In this document: in pieces, positions 1-9,027 of the stretch
Numbering within the stretch: the stretch's first letter is position 1
How the letters are laid out: each line of letters begins with the position of its first letter
Source of the DNA: Candidatus Pacearchaeota archaeon
GTDB taxonomy: Archaea; Nanobdellota; Nanobdellia; UBA10117; JAFCGI01
Length of the DNA stretch: 64,000 nt
Reading direction: 5' to 3'
NCBI GenBank assembly: GCA_017608235.1
Contig: JAFCGI010000001.1
Location: forward strand, 1,423 to 65,422
The notes under the pieces: generated by a model
Told to the model about the DNA's origin: nothing
The model's database searches: none
Seen by the model: only the letters and a program-made list of their open reading frames with translations
Translations under genes and position numbers: made by a program

Positions 1-1519
1 CTCCTAAATATGTATGGAATACTGTGCCTCCAGTATATTTATATTGTAATTCATCTTGATGGTTAGCTGCTTCAAAAATATCATCTGTAAAATTTACAGG
101 AGCTAAGCTTGAGTTTGTATAAAAAGGAACTTTAATTCCTGCAGTTTTAATTTTTGGATATTTTTCCTTATCTAATTTAGCTAATCTATATGCTGTAGAT
201 TCTGCGGGGGTTGCTTCTAAATTATAGATGTTTCCTGTTTCTTTTTGATATTTAATTAATTGTTCTCTCATAAAATCTAAGACTTTAATTGCAAAATTTT
301 TGCCTTGTTTTGTTATTATGTTTTTCCCAAGGAAATTTTCGCAAGCTTCATTCATTCCAACTAAGCCAATAGTCGAGAAATGAAGTTTTAATGTACCAAG
401 ATATTTTTGTGTAAATGGTAGAAGTCCTTGCTTCATATTTTCTCTTACTATTTTTCTTTTAATTTCAAGGGATTCTTTAGCTAGATCCATTTGTTTTCCT
501 AATCTTTTAAAAAAATCTTTTTCATCTTCAGATAAGTATGCAATTCTTGGAAGATTTATGGTTACTACTCCAATGCTTCCAGTACGATCAGCAAATCCAA
601 AGAATCCACCTATTCTTCTATATTTTAATTTGCTAAGATCTAGTCTTAAATGACAACACATTGCCCTAATTTCATGTGGATCTAGATTTGATCTAATGAA
701 ATTCTGGAAGTATGGAATTCCATATTTTGCAGTCATCTCAAATAATAAATCTGTATTTTTAGAATTCCAGTCAAAGTCTTTCGTGATGTTATAAGTAGGT
801 ATGGGAAATGTAAATGCTCTTCCTTTATTATCTCCCTCTATCATAACTTCCATAAATGCTCTATTGATCATATCTACTTCTTTTTGGAATTGTCTGAATT
901 TTTGTTTTTGAAGTTTCCCTCCAATAATTATTTGTTTATCTGCCAGATCATCTGGAATTTTTAAGTCAAAAGTTAAATTTGTAAAAGGAGTCTGTCCTCC
1001 GTAGCGTGTTGGAAGATTTAAAGTATAAATAAAACCTTGAATTGCTTGCTTGACTTCTTTATATGTAAGTTTATCTTTTTTTATGAATGGTGCTAAAAAG
1101 ACATCTAAAGAATTTAGAGCCTGAGCACCAGCCCACTCATTAGAAACAGCTCCAAAGAAATCAGCAATCTGACTTAGTGCTGAAGTAAAATGTTTTGGAG
1201 GAGAACTAGTAACTTGCCACGGAACTCCTACTCCATCTATTAGAAGATCTGCTATACTCCAGCCTGCACAATATCCAACAATACCCATATATAAGTTATG
1301 GATATGTAAATCTCCATTCAAGTGAGCACTAGATATTCTCTTTGGATATACCTCAGAAAGGGTATATTTTTCTATAGTTTCTCCAGCAAGTCTCCAAGAA
1401 ACTGAAGAGTATGAAAATCTTTGATTTGAATTTTCTTTAACTTTCCAGGTTTTTTTTCCTATATAATTTTCTACAGTTTCTTTAACCTTTAAGATGTCTA
1501 GATTTGCCTTTCCTGTCAT
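1..1519 (-). CDS. nrdD: Anaerobic ribonucleoside-triphosphate reductase (class III NrdD) paralog without an N-terminal ATP-cone. Partial: the C-terminus lies beyond the window start.
   Basis: The minus-strand reading frame from ATG at 1519 runs to the window edge. It shares about 70% nucleotide identity and a collinear protein with 6480..7900 of the full NrdD (motifs such as GIPYFQNFI, MCCRLxLDL, TGSIGVVTINLPRI). The protein begins MTGKANLDILK where the other copy is already past its ATP-cone. The ORF track omits it because it lacks a stop inside the window. Confidence 0.75.
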   Translation of the reverse strand, partial: MTGKANLDILKVKETVENYIGKKTWKVKENSNQRFSYSSVSWRLAGETIEKYTLSEVYPKRISSAHLNGDLHIHNLYMGIVGYCAGWSIADLLIDGVGVPWQVTSSPPKHFTSALSQIADFFGAVSNEWAGAQALNSLDVFLAPFIKKDKLTYKEVKQAIQGFIYTLNLPTRYGGQTPFTNLTFDLKIPDDLADKQIIIGGKLQKQKFRQFQKEVDMINRAFMEVMIEGDNKGRAFTFPIPTYNITKDFDWNSKNTDLLFEMTAKYGIPYFQNFIRSNLDPHEIRAMCCHLRLDLSKLKYRRIGGFFGFADRTGSIGVVTINLPRIAYLSEDEKDFFKRLGKQMDLAKESLEIKRKIVRENMKQGLLPFTQKYLGTLKLHFSTIGLVGMNEACENFLGKNIITKQGKNFAIKVLDFMREQLIKYQKETGNIYNLEATPAESTAYRLAKLDKEKYPKIKTAGIKVPFYTNSSLAPVNFTDDIFEAANHQDELQYKYTGGTVFHTYLG

Positions 1520-1576
1520 AACATAAAATAAGGCTTCTTTATTTAAATTATTTATCTTTTATTTATCTTTTAATTT

Positions 1577-3682
1577 TTATTGTTTAGATTTAATATACAT
1601 ATATGCACTAAATACTGCATTTACACCTTCTGCTACTGCAATTATAGCTTGTTTATATTGACAGCAAGTCACATCTCCTGCTGCATATATGCCTGGAATG
1701 TTTGTTTTAGAATTTTTATCTATATTTATTTCACCTTTTTCATTTAGCTTAACACCCAGATCCTTTACCAAATATGAAATTGGTACTGAGCCAACCTCAA
1801 TAAATAATCCTTCTAGAGGAAATTCTTTACTATTTTTGTAAGGATTATCAAGAATTACTTTGTTTATAAACTTATCACCTTTTATTTCTGTTATATTTGT
1901 ATTATTGATTATTTCTATCTTTTTGTTAGCTTTTACTCTCTTTGTATTTATTGGTTCTGCTCTTATTTTTTCTTTTCTATAAATTATATATACTTTTTTT
2001 GCATATTCGCTAAGAAGAAGTGCTTCTTTTGCTGCAGAATCTGAACCTCCGACTACTCCTACAATTTTATCCCTAAACAAAGGTCCATCGCAATTATGGA
2101 CAATAAAATTTTTGGCTATGTATGTGTTATTTTTATTAGTTGCAATATTCAATACCTTTCCAGAATATTTTACTTTTTTAATTTCTCTTATAGGCAGAAT
2201 TGCAAAATTATTGTGTATCCATGCGTGCTTTGCAATTTTTTTTCTTTTATTGATTTTGGGATGTTTAACGCCAAGAATCTTACTTAGTTTACCTAAGAAT
2301 TGTCCTCCAATACTTATATGATATTTGTTATGCTTGAAATATATCCTTCTTCCGTATATTTCATTTTCTTTTTTATTTAATGACTTTGTAATTCTAATCT
2401 GTAAAGAAGGTATAATTTTTTGTCTTAGCAGTAGATCTCTTAGCTGATAAGCAAGTTGTCTTGAACTGGTTGTGTAGCAAAAATCTTTTTCTCTAGTACA
2501 ACCATCACCTCGCCATAGGCCTTTAATTAATTCTTTTTGTTTGTTTACTGGTAAAATCATTATCCAATGCGGGATCTTTTTGGCGTGAGCATACTTTCCA
2601 AAAAATTTTCTAAAAAGATCTGCTATTGGCTTGGAATAGATAGTTATTTTACAAACATTATCTTGTTTTTCTATCTTTGGACTTAACTTAAATGTCTTTT
2701 TTAAAATAGCCTTAACATCTGCAATATATTTGGTTTCTTTCTTATTAAAAGAAAAACTTAACATGTGCTTATATGATGTGCCTTCTGCAACATAATATCC
2801 AATTAAATGCAGAAAATCGCTATCTACTTTAATTTCATTTGGGATAGAATTAGAAGTTTGTGTAGTTCTTTTAGGTTTAGCTAAACTATTTAAAACTTCT
2901 ACATCTACATAATCTGAAATTTTTATCTTATCAATATTTTTTACTTCTTTTATGATTGGATAAAGAACTGCTTCTTTAGTTGTTAATTCGTTTGCTTTAA
3001 TCCATTTTGGTTTAGTAAATTTAAAATTTTTCCAATAGTTTTTGCCTTGTCCTTTTTTAATATTTAAAGTAAGAACTGGGTGATTTGGAGTTAATTGTAC
3101 TGGTTCATTAAAAAATCTTGGCTTGATGCTTATTAGTTCTCCAAAGTAATCTCTTTTAGTAAAACCATCTATCTCTTGATATGTTCCGTCTATTGTTAGA
3201 ATTCTATCTAGAGGATTTATTTCTTTAATCTCTTTGATTGAACTATTTGATATTATAGACTCATTTGGCGGAAGACATGTTGCACAATAAGATACTCCTT
3301 TGTTAAAGAATTCTTTTTCTCCTGGAATGTTTAAATGCCGGACTTGAGTTCCTGTAGCAATTAATACTGTTTTAGCAAAGTATGATTCTTTATTCCTAGT
3401 TATTAACTCAAAATTATCTTGTTTTTTAACTAATTTAGAAACTTCATCTTGTTTAATCTCAACTTTATATTCTTTAACATGATCTACTAATTTATTTGTC
3501 AATTCTTGGCCTGAGATTTTTTTGAATCCTGGATAGTTTTCAACTAAGTGTGTTTTAGCAATCATACCACCAAGTTCTTTAGCTATTATTATTGTCTTAA
3601 GGGAGAATCTCGCTGCATAGATGGCTGCTGCTAGTCCTCCAGGACCTCCACCAATTATAACTAAATCATATTCTTCTGCCAT
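1577..3682 (-). CDS. trxB: Thioredoxin-disulfide reductase (TrxB) precursor. A 395-aa intein is inserted within the CATC active-site motif.
   Basis: The N-terminus has the Rossmann fold LVIIGGGPGGLAAAIYAARF and the sequence GVSYCAT. The C-terminus begins CDGPLFRDKIVGVVGGSDSAAKEA and continues to IYAAGDV. Joining them gives SYCAT+CDGPLF, the canonical TrxB CATCDGP redox motif. The 701 aa splits into a 135-aa N-extein, the intein, and a 171-aa C-extein. Confidence 0.9.
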   Translation of the reverse strand: MAEEYDLVIIGGGPGGLAAAIYAARFSLKTIIIAKELGGMIAKTHLVENYPGFKKISGQELTNKLVDHVKEYKVEIKQDEVSKLVKKQDNFELITRNKESYFAKTVLIATGTQVRHLNIPGEKEFFNKGVSYCATCLPPNESIISNSSIKEIKEINPLDRILTIDGTYQEIDGFTKRDYFGELISIKPRFFNEPVQLTPNHPVLTLNIKKGQGKNYWKNFKFTKPKWIKANELTTKEAVLYPIIKEVKNIDKIKISDYVDVEVLNSLAKPKRTTQTSNSIPNEIKVDSDFLHLIGYYVAEGTSYKHMLSFSFNKKETKYIADVKAILKKTFKLSPKIEKQDNVCKITIYSKPIADLFRKFFGKYAHAKKIPHWIMILPVNKQKELIKGLWRGDGCTREKDFCYTTSSRQLAYQLRDLLLRQKIIPSLQIRITKSLNKKENEIYGRRIYFKHNKYHISIGGQFLGKLSKILGVKHPKINKRKKIAKHAWIHNNFAILPIREIKKVKYSGKVLNIATNKNNTYIAKNFIVHNCDGPLFRDKIVGVVGGSDSAAKEALLLSEYAKKVYIIYRKEKIRAEPINTKRVKANKKIEIINNTNITEIKGDKFINKVILDNPYKNSKEFPLEGLFIEVGSVPISYLVKDLGVKLNEKGEINIDKNSKTNIPGIYAAGDVTCCQYKQAIIAVAEGVNAVFSAYMYIKSKQ
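2093..3277 (-). mobile_element. Class 1 intein with a LAGLIDADG homing-endonuclease domain, inserted in trxB between the Thr and the second Cys of the CxxC motif.
   Basis: Intein residue 1 is Cys (codon 3275..3277, with Thr and Ala codons upstream). Block B is TPNHPVLT. The two LAGLIDADG motifs are LIGYYVAEGTS and LIKGLWRGDGC. The C-terminal sequence IVHN is followed by the +1 Cys (codon 2090..2092). Codon boundaries were checked against the plus-strand sequence. Confidence 0.85.
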
Positions 3683-4773
3683 TACATTTTATTCCTTATT
3701 CTTTCTTTAGCGATTTCTAGTGCTGCTTGTCGTGGTGAAATGTTTTTTTCTTTTGATCTTTCTAAAACAAGCGCTGTATTTTTTGTTATTTTTTCTTCAA
3801 CCATTTTAAACATATCTTCTGGAGTCCCTCCAATAAACTCTATATATGAAGAAATTACTCCACCTGCATTTGCTACAAAATCTGGAACTACTAATATACC
3901 TTTTTTATGTAATTCTGTTTCTAGTTCTGGAGTCATTGGGATATTAGAACCAGAAACTATTGCTTTTGCTTTTATTTTGTTTTTATTTTCCTGATTGATT
4001 ACATCTGGAATTGCAGCAGGTATTAAAACATCTACATCTAATTCGAATAGTTTTTTATTTTCGATTACTTCTCCATCTTTGTAATTTACTACACTTCCAG
4101 TCTCTTGTTTAACTTTAAATAATTCTGGAATATTCAATCCTGCAGCATTATAGATACATCCTTTAGAATCTGATACTGCTACTATTTTTGCTTTATCTTT
4201 TGCAAGATATTCTGCTGCGAATGTTCCTACATTTCCAAATCCTTCGATTGCAACAGTTATTTTATCTACTTTTAGTTTTAGATGTTTAATTGCAACAATT
4301 GTTGAATGATATACTCCTATTCCTGTAGAACCTAATTCGTGTGGAATGCCTCCCATTTCTGAAGGCTTACCAGTACAAGATTGTATATCTCCATTTGCTT
4401 TTGCAAATATTTCCATTTCATGTTCTGCCATAGATATGTCTGGAGCAGCAACATACAATGATGGACAGATAGGCTTTATTGCTTTAGAAAATGCTTCTAC
4501 TATTTTATCTTTATCCTCCTGATTTATTTTTCCTGAGGATACTATTCCTGATTTAGCTCCTCCAAAAGGGAGGTCAGCAAGTGCACATTTCCATGCCATA
4601 GCTCTTGCTAATCTAAAAACTTCTTCTTTTGTTACATTTGAGGTCATTCTTATTCCGCCTTTTCCAGGTCCTAGTGCTGTATTGAATATTATAGTGAATC
4701 CATGCATTTTTGTTTTTGGATCATATACTTCTAAAATCTTTTCTGGTCCAAATTCATTAAATTCTATTTCCAT
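3682..4773 (-). CDS. Glu/Leu/Phe/Val dehydrogenase family NAD(P)-dependent amino-acid dehydrogenase (short form, 363 aa)
   Basis: It has the GPGKGGIRM catalytic lysine loop, the GGAKSG motif, and the GFGNVG Rossmann fold. Its start overlaps the trxB start by 1 nt. Confidence 0.8.
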   Translation of the reverse strand: MEIEFNEFGPEKILEVYDPKTKMHGFTIIFNTALGPGKGGIRMTSNVTKEEVFRLARAMAWKCALADLPFGGAKSGIVSSGKINQEDKDKIVEAFSKAIKPICPSLYVAAPDISMAEHEMEIFAKANGDIQSCTGKPSEMGGIPHELGSTGIGVYHSTIVAIKHLKLKVDKITVAIEGFGNVGTFAAEYLAKDKAKIVAVSDSKGCIYNAAGLNIPELFKVKQETGSVVNYKDGEVIENKKLFELDVDVLIPAAIPDVINQENKNKIKAKAIVSGSNIPMTPELETELHKKGILVVPDFVANAGGVISSYIEFIGGTPEDMFKMVEEKITKNTALVLERSKEKNISPRQAALEIAKERIRNKM

Positions 4774-4857
4774 TTTTATTACTCCTATCTAAAAATCTCT
4801 ACTATAAAAGCTAAATATTATTCCTTTAATATATTTTGTTTTATATAGTAATTAATT

Positions 4858-5055
4858 TTATTTTGATTCTTCTATTTTAATACACTTAACAGGGCATATT
4901 TCTTCTGCGTCTTTATTACAATCTAGGTTTGGTAATTCTGTAGTTTTTGGTCTTGCTTTTCCATCTTCTCCCATTTCCCAATTATTTGGGCATACAGAAG
5001 TACATGCTCCACAACCAATACAATCTTCTTTTTTTTGTTTAATTATAAATGACAT
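4858..5055 (-). CDS. 4Fe-4S ferredoxin (small)
   Basis: It has the cluster motif CIGCGACTSVCP plus a second Cys group CNKDAEEICPVKC. Confidence 0.7.
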   Translation of the reverse strand: MSFIIKQKKEDCIGCGACTSVCPNNWEMGEDGKARPKTTELPNLDCNKDAEEICPVKCIKIEESK

Positions 5056-5279
5056 TATTCTTTACCTCCCTTTTTTTCTTTAATAGCATTATTTAGTGCC
5101 TTTAGAAGCTCGGTTATGTTTATTCCATGTGCTTTTGCTCCTTGCTCTAAAGATTCTTGGCTGCTTATAGGACAGCCTATACAATGAAATCCAAATTCTG
5201 AAAGAATGTTTATTGTTTCTGGATGTTTATTAATTAATTCTGATATTATTATGTTTTTTGTTATTTTTTGTTTTTTCAT
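5055..5279 (-). CDS. DUF1858-like redox disulfide protein (hybrid-cluster-protein-associated family)
   Basis: It is 74 aa and contains FHCIGCP together with SLEQGAKAHGI. It overlaps the ferredoxin gene by 1 nt. Confidence 0.5.
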   Translation of the reverse strand: MKKQKITKNIIISELINKHPETINILSEFGFHCIGCPISSQESLEQGAKAHGINITELLKALNNAIKEKKGGKE

Positions 5280-5457
5280 TATCCAAGTAAAGAAGGTATT
5301 CCTTTTATTACTAATATAGCTATTAAAAAATACTTGATCAAATCGAAGCTGCCAAAATTTATGGTAAATATTAGCCCTGCTGCGATTATGTCAACTATGC
5401 CAAGTACTTTTGTGATCATCTATAGTGTATTCTTGATAAATATTAAAAAGATTTTGA

Positions 5458-6147
5458 TTAAGTTCTTAATTCACAAATATCAAAATATGGTTTTAATAAT
5501 TTTATAAATTGTCTAAGTTCTTCTTCTGTGTATGCGCTTTCACTTCTATATTCTGGATTTAGTGTTTTAATTGATCTGAATTGCTGTAAATAGTATGCTT
5601 TTGATCCTTTAATCCATTCTGCAATAGATAATAAATCTTGTTTGGTTATTAGTTTTGGCAAAATTGTTGTTCTGAATTCATAATCTTTGCTTGAGTTTCG
5701 TATTATATCTATTGTTTTTTGTATATTTTCTACTTGAACTTTTGTGTTTGCTACTAAATCATATTTTTCTGGTGGTGCTTTTATGTCCATTGCTATATAA
5801 TCTACTAGATTTTCAGTTATCATAGTTTGAATTACCTTTGGATTTGTTCCATTTGTATCTAACTTAACTAAAAAACCCAGATCTTTGAGTTTGAATGCAA
5901 AATCTGTAAGATCTTTTTGAAGAGTTGGTTCTCCACCTGTGATGCAAACACCATCAATTAATTTTTTTCTTGAAATAAGATGGTTAAAAATTTCTTCTTC
6001 ATTAATTTTTTGTAGATCTCTATGATTTATTAATTCAGGATTATGGCAATAATGACATCTAAAATTACAATCTACTGTAAATATTACAGAAGCTATCTTT
6101 TTTGGATAGTCTATTAGAGATGTTTTTTGCCATCCCTTTATTATCAT
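5458..6147 (-). CDS. nrdG: Anaerobic ribonucleotide reductase activating protein (radical SAM)
   Basis: It has the radical-SAM motif CNFRCHYCHNPE and GVCITGGEPTLQ. It overlaps nrdD by 4 nt. Confidence 0.85.
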   Translation of the reverse strand: MIIKGWQKTSLIDYPKKIASVIFTVDCNFRCHYCHNPELINHRDLQKINEEEIFNHLISRKKLIDGVCITGGEPTLQKDLTDFAFKLKDLGFLVKLDTNGTNPKVIQTMITENLVDYIAMDIKAPPEKYDLVANTKVQVENIQKTIDIIRNSSKDYEFRTTILPKLITKQDLLSIAEWIKGSKAYYLQQFRSIKTLNPEYRSESAYTEEELRQFIKLLKPYFDICELRT

Positions 6148-8456
6148 TTTACACCAGAATATGCTATAAGCGTATTTGTTGCTGGCTTCTCTATAACCTT
6201 GTACTTATCTTTAATATTAATTGCTTTTACCTGACTATATGGTTTTCTGTCTTTGAATTCTTCCTTTTTCCCTTTATTCCAGCTTTTAACAGGTCTTAGA
6301 TAACCTACAACCCGGCTATAAATTTCTGTTTCTTCACCACAAGTAGGGCAGCTTTCTTTTTCTCCTCTAATATAGCCATGATTTTTACATACAGAGAATG
6401 TAGGAGTTATTGTATAATATGGTAATTTAAAGTTATATGCTATTTTTTTAACTAATTGCTTGCATGTTTCTGCATCTGTGATTCTTTCACCTAAAAAACC
6501 ATGCAATACTGTTCCACCAGTATATTTACATTGTAATTCATCTTGGTGTTCTAATGCTTCAAATATATCATCTGTATATCCTACTGGCAATAATGATGAA
6601 TTTGTATAATATGGTTCAACATCACCAGCAGTGATTATGTCTGGATATCTTGCTATGTCCATTCTTGCAAATCTATAGCTAGTACCTTCTGCAGGGGTTG
6701 CTTCTAAATTATAGATATTTTTTGTTTCCTCCTGAAAATTAGATATTTTATTTCTCATAAAACCTAGTACTTCCAAAGCAAACTGTCTACCATCTTTAGT
6801 AGATATGTCTTTTCCTAAAAAGTTTAGACAAGCTTCATTCATTCCGTTTATACCTATAGTAGAAAAATGATGGTTAAAGGTTCCGAGATATCGTTTTGTG
6901 AATGGGAGTAATCCATTATCTAGGTTTTTTGTTATTATTTTTCTTTTTACTTCTAATGATTCCTTAGCTATTTCCATAAAAAATGTTAATCTTTCAAAGA
7001 ATTCTTCTTTAGTCTCAGATAGATATCCAATTCTTGGAAGATTTATGGTTACTACTCCAATACTTCCTGTTGATTCTCCAGATCCAAATAGGCCACCTGT
7101 TTTTTTTCTTAATTCTCTTAAGTCTAATTGCAATCTGCAACACATAGATCTTACATCTGTTGGCTTAAGATCTGAATTTATAAAATTCTGGAAGTATGGA
7201 ATTCCATATTTTGCAGTCATCTCAAATAATAGATTTGAATTTTCTGAATCCCAATCAAATTCTCTTGTAACATTATATGTTGGAATTGGGAATGTAAATA
7301 ATCTACCTGAAGCATCTCCTTCTATCATGGTTTCTATGAATGCTTTATTTATCATGTCCATTTCTTTTTGACAGTCACCATATGTAAAGCTCTGTGTTTT
7401 TTTTCCAATGGTTGCTTTTTGATTTGCCATATCACTTGGAACTGTCCAATCAAAAGTTAAATTTAAGAATGGTGTTTGAGTTCCCCACCTACTTGGTGTT
7501 GCTATATTAAATAAGAATCTTTGCATTTGTTGTTTAACTTGCTTATAGGTTAGATTATCTTTTTTAATATATGGTGCTAAATATGTATCAAAAGATGATA
7601 GTGCTTGCGCTCCAGCCCATTCATTTTGCAGGGTTCCAATAAAATTAACTATTTGACCTACAATTGTATCTAAGTGTTTAGCTGGAGCGGTTTGTAGTTT
7701 TCCATAAATTCCGCCAAATCCTTCTGTAATTAGCTGTCTTAGACTCCAGCCAGCACAGTATCCAGAAAACATTGATAGATCATGAATATGTATATCTCCA
7801 TTTCTATGTGCTTGTGAAATTTTTTGAGAATATAGGTTTAACCAATAATTTGCAGTTATTTTTCCTGAAATGTAAAGAATTAATCCTCCAATTGAGAAAT
7901 CTACATTACTATTTTCATTAACTCTCCAGTCACTTCTTTGTAGATATTCTCCCATTATTTCGTCTATATCTACAAAAGTTTTTTCAAATTCTCTAACTCT
8001 TTTACGTTTTTCCCTGTATAGAATGAATGCTTTAGCTACTTGTGCATGTCCTTGTTCGATTAGAACTTTTTCAATAGCATCCTGAATTTGCTCTACATTA
8101 GGAACTTGTGTATTACTTGTCTCAAGTACCTCTACTACATTATTTGTGATTTCTTCTGCTTTTTTCTTGTCTTTTCCGCCTACAGCTTTTACAGCTTTGA
8201 AAATTGCAGCATATACTCTTTCTTTATCAAATAGAGCAATAGTTCCATCTCTTTTTCTGATTTGTTGTATTTTCAAGGGATGTTTTTCTTTGCTTAAATG
8301 TTCATATGTGGTGAATCTTTTATTACAACTTAAACACTCTCTTCTACGGCGTGAAGAACTTTGATTTTCTCTCTTATCTATAACTTTGGTTTTTTCTGAG
8401 GAACAAAATGGACATTTCATTTTTAGAGCACCCTTTCTATTTAGGTAAGTATACAC
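6144..8456 (-). CDS. nrdD: Anaerobic ribonucleoside-triphosphate reductase class III with an N-terminal ATP-cone
   Basis: It has an N-terminal Zn ribbon CPFCSS..CLSC and an ATP-cone (IRKRDGTIALFDKERVYAAIFKAV). The C-terminal glycyl-radical region is CPTCGEETEIYSRVVGYLRPV. Confidence 0.9.
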   Translation of the reverse strand: MYTYLNRKGALKMKCPFCSSEKTKVIDKRENQSSSRRRRECLSCNKRFTTYEHLSKEKHPLKIQQIRKRDGTIALFDKERVYAAIFKAVKAVGGKDKKKAEEITNNVVEVLETSNTQVPNVEQIQDAIEKVLIEQGHAQVAKAFILYREKRKRVREFEKTFVDIDEIMGEYLQRSDWRVNENSNVDFSIGGLILYISGKITANYWLNLYSQKISQAHRNGDIHIHDLSMFSGYCAGWSLRQLITEGFGGIYGKLQTAPAKHLDTIVGQIVNFIGTLQNEWAGAQALSSFDTYLAPYIKKDNLTYKQVKQQMQRFLFNIATPSRWGTQTPFLNLTFDWTVPSDMANQKATIGKKTQSFTYGDCQKEMDMINKAFIETMIEGDASGRLFTFPIPTYNVTREFDWDSENSNLLFEMTAKYGIPYFQNFINSDLKPTDVRSMCCRLQLDLRELRKKTGGLFGSGESTGSIGVVTINLPRIGYLSETKEEFFERLTFFMEIAKESLEVKRKIITKNLDNGLLPFTKRYLGTFNHHFSTIGINGMNEACLNFLGKDISTKDGRQFALEVLGFMRNKISNFQEETKNIYNLEATPAEGTSYRFARMDIARYPDIITAGDVEPYYTNSSLLPVGYTDDIFEALEHQDELQCKYTGGTVLHGFLGERITDAETCKQLVKKIAYNFKLPYYTITPTFSVCKNHGYIRGEKESCPTCGEETEIYSRVVGYLRPVKSWNKGKKEEFKDRKPYSQVKAINIKDKYKVIEKPATNTLIAYSGVK

Positions 8457-8661
8457 AAGATATTGTATTATTCTTGGTAAATATACACAAAATAGTGTGT
8501 TTTATCTATATTTAGCATAGCTAGTATATATAGTTATTGCTGTTATGGTTTGGTTATAATATGCTAGAGGATATAAATTAGATAAAAAATAAGATACTCT
8601 GACTATGGCTTGGATAAAAGCAAAAAGCTTATAAATTAATTAACGCTGTTAATTATCTATT

Positions 8662-9027
8662 ATGATGCAGCCAGAAGAAATTGAAGTAAAATATATACTA
8701 CCTGTGATAAGAAAACAGCTTTGTATTGGATTTAAGAAGAAAGGATTATCCCAAAAATATATTTCAGAGATTCTTGGAATTACTCCTGCTGCTGTGTCTC
8801 AGTATCTAAAATCAAAAAGAGCAACCAAAATAGAACTTCCTAAACAGATTAATTCTAAAATTGAGAAAATCTGTGATAAAGAAGATATAACTGCTGAAAA
8901 AATAGCTATAGAAATAAGAAAGTTATCTAAACAAATAAAAAATAAAAAAATACTCTGTAAAATACATAAAAAATATGATCTTAGTATTGAAAAGGGATGT
9001 ATTTTTTGTGAGGAATGTTTAAAATGA
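8662..9027 (+). CDS. HTH transcriptional regulator with a C-terminal Cys cluster (C-x12-C-x2-C-x2-C)
   Basis: It has a sigma-70 region-4-like HTH (LSQKYISEILGITPAAVSQYL) and a C-terminal sequence CKIHKKYDLSIEKGCIFCEECLK. It overlaps the iscS start. Confidence 0.5.
   Translation: MMQPEEIEVKYILPVIRKQLCIGFKKKGLSQKYISEILGITPAAVSQYLKSKRATKIELPKQINSKIEKICDKEDITAEKIAIEIRKLSKQIKNKKILCKIHKKYDLSIEKGCIFCEECLK

Noticed and set aside
1-1519. An assembly-collapsed duplicate of nrdD
   Set aside because: Nucleotide identity to 6480..7900 is only about 70%, with many synonymous and nonsynonymous differences and a different N-terminus. This is a genuine diverged paralog.
2096-2321. Two short plus-strand ORFs (63 and 69 aa) inside the trxB intein region
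   Set aside because: They lie antisense to a well-supported coding region and have low-complexity, hydrophobic and AT-codon-biased composition. They are shadow ORFs typical of AT-rich DNA.
6898-7371. A 157-aa plus-strand ORF antisense to nrdD. Similar antisense ORFs occur within cdc48 (17616..18797), lonB (31447..31806) and other long genes.
   Set aside because: Each is embedded opposite a conserved, motif-rich gene. They carry no motifs and their Ser/Leu/Phe-rich composition points to non-coding artefacts.
8457-8661. A tRNA or other structured RNA in the larger intergenic gaps (8457..8661, 31204..31427, 47235..47497, 48749..49054, 56422..56575)
   Set aside because: All of these gaps are A+T-rich with no GC-rich islands or cloverleaf-compatible stems, so I called no tRNA or rRNA.
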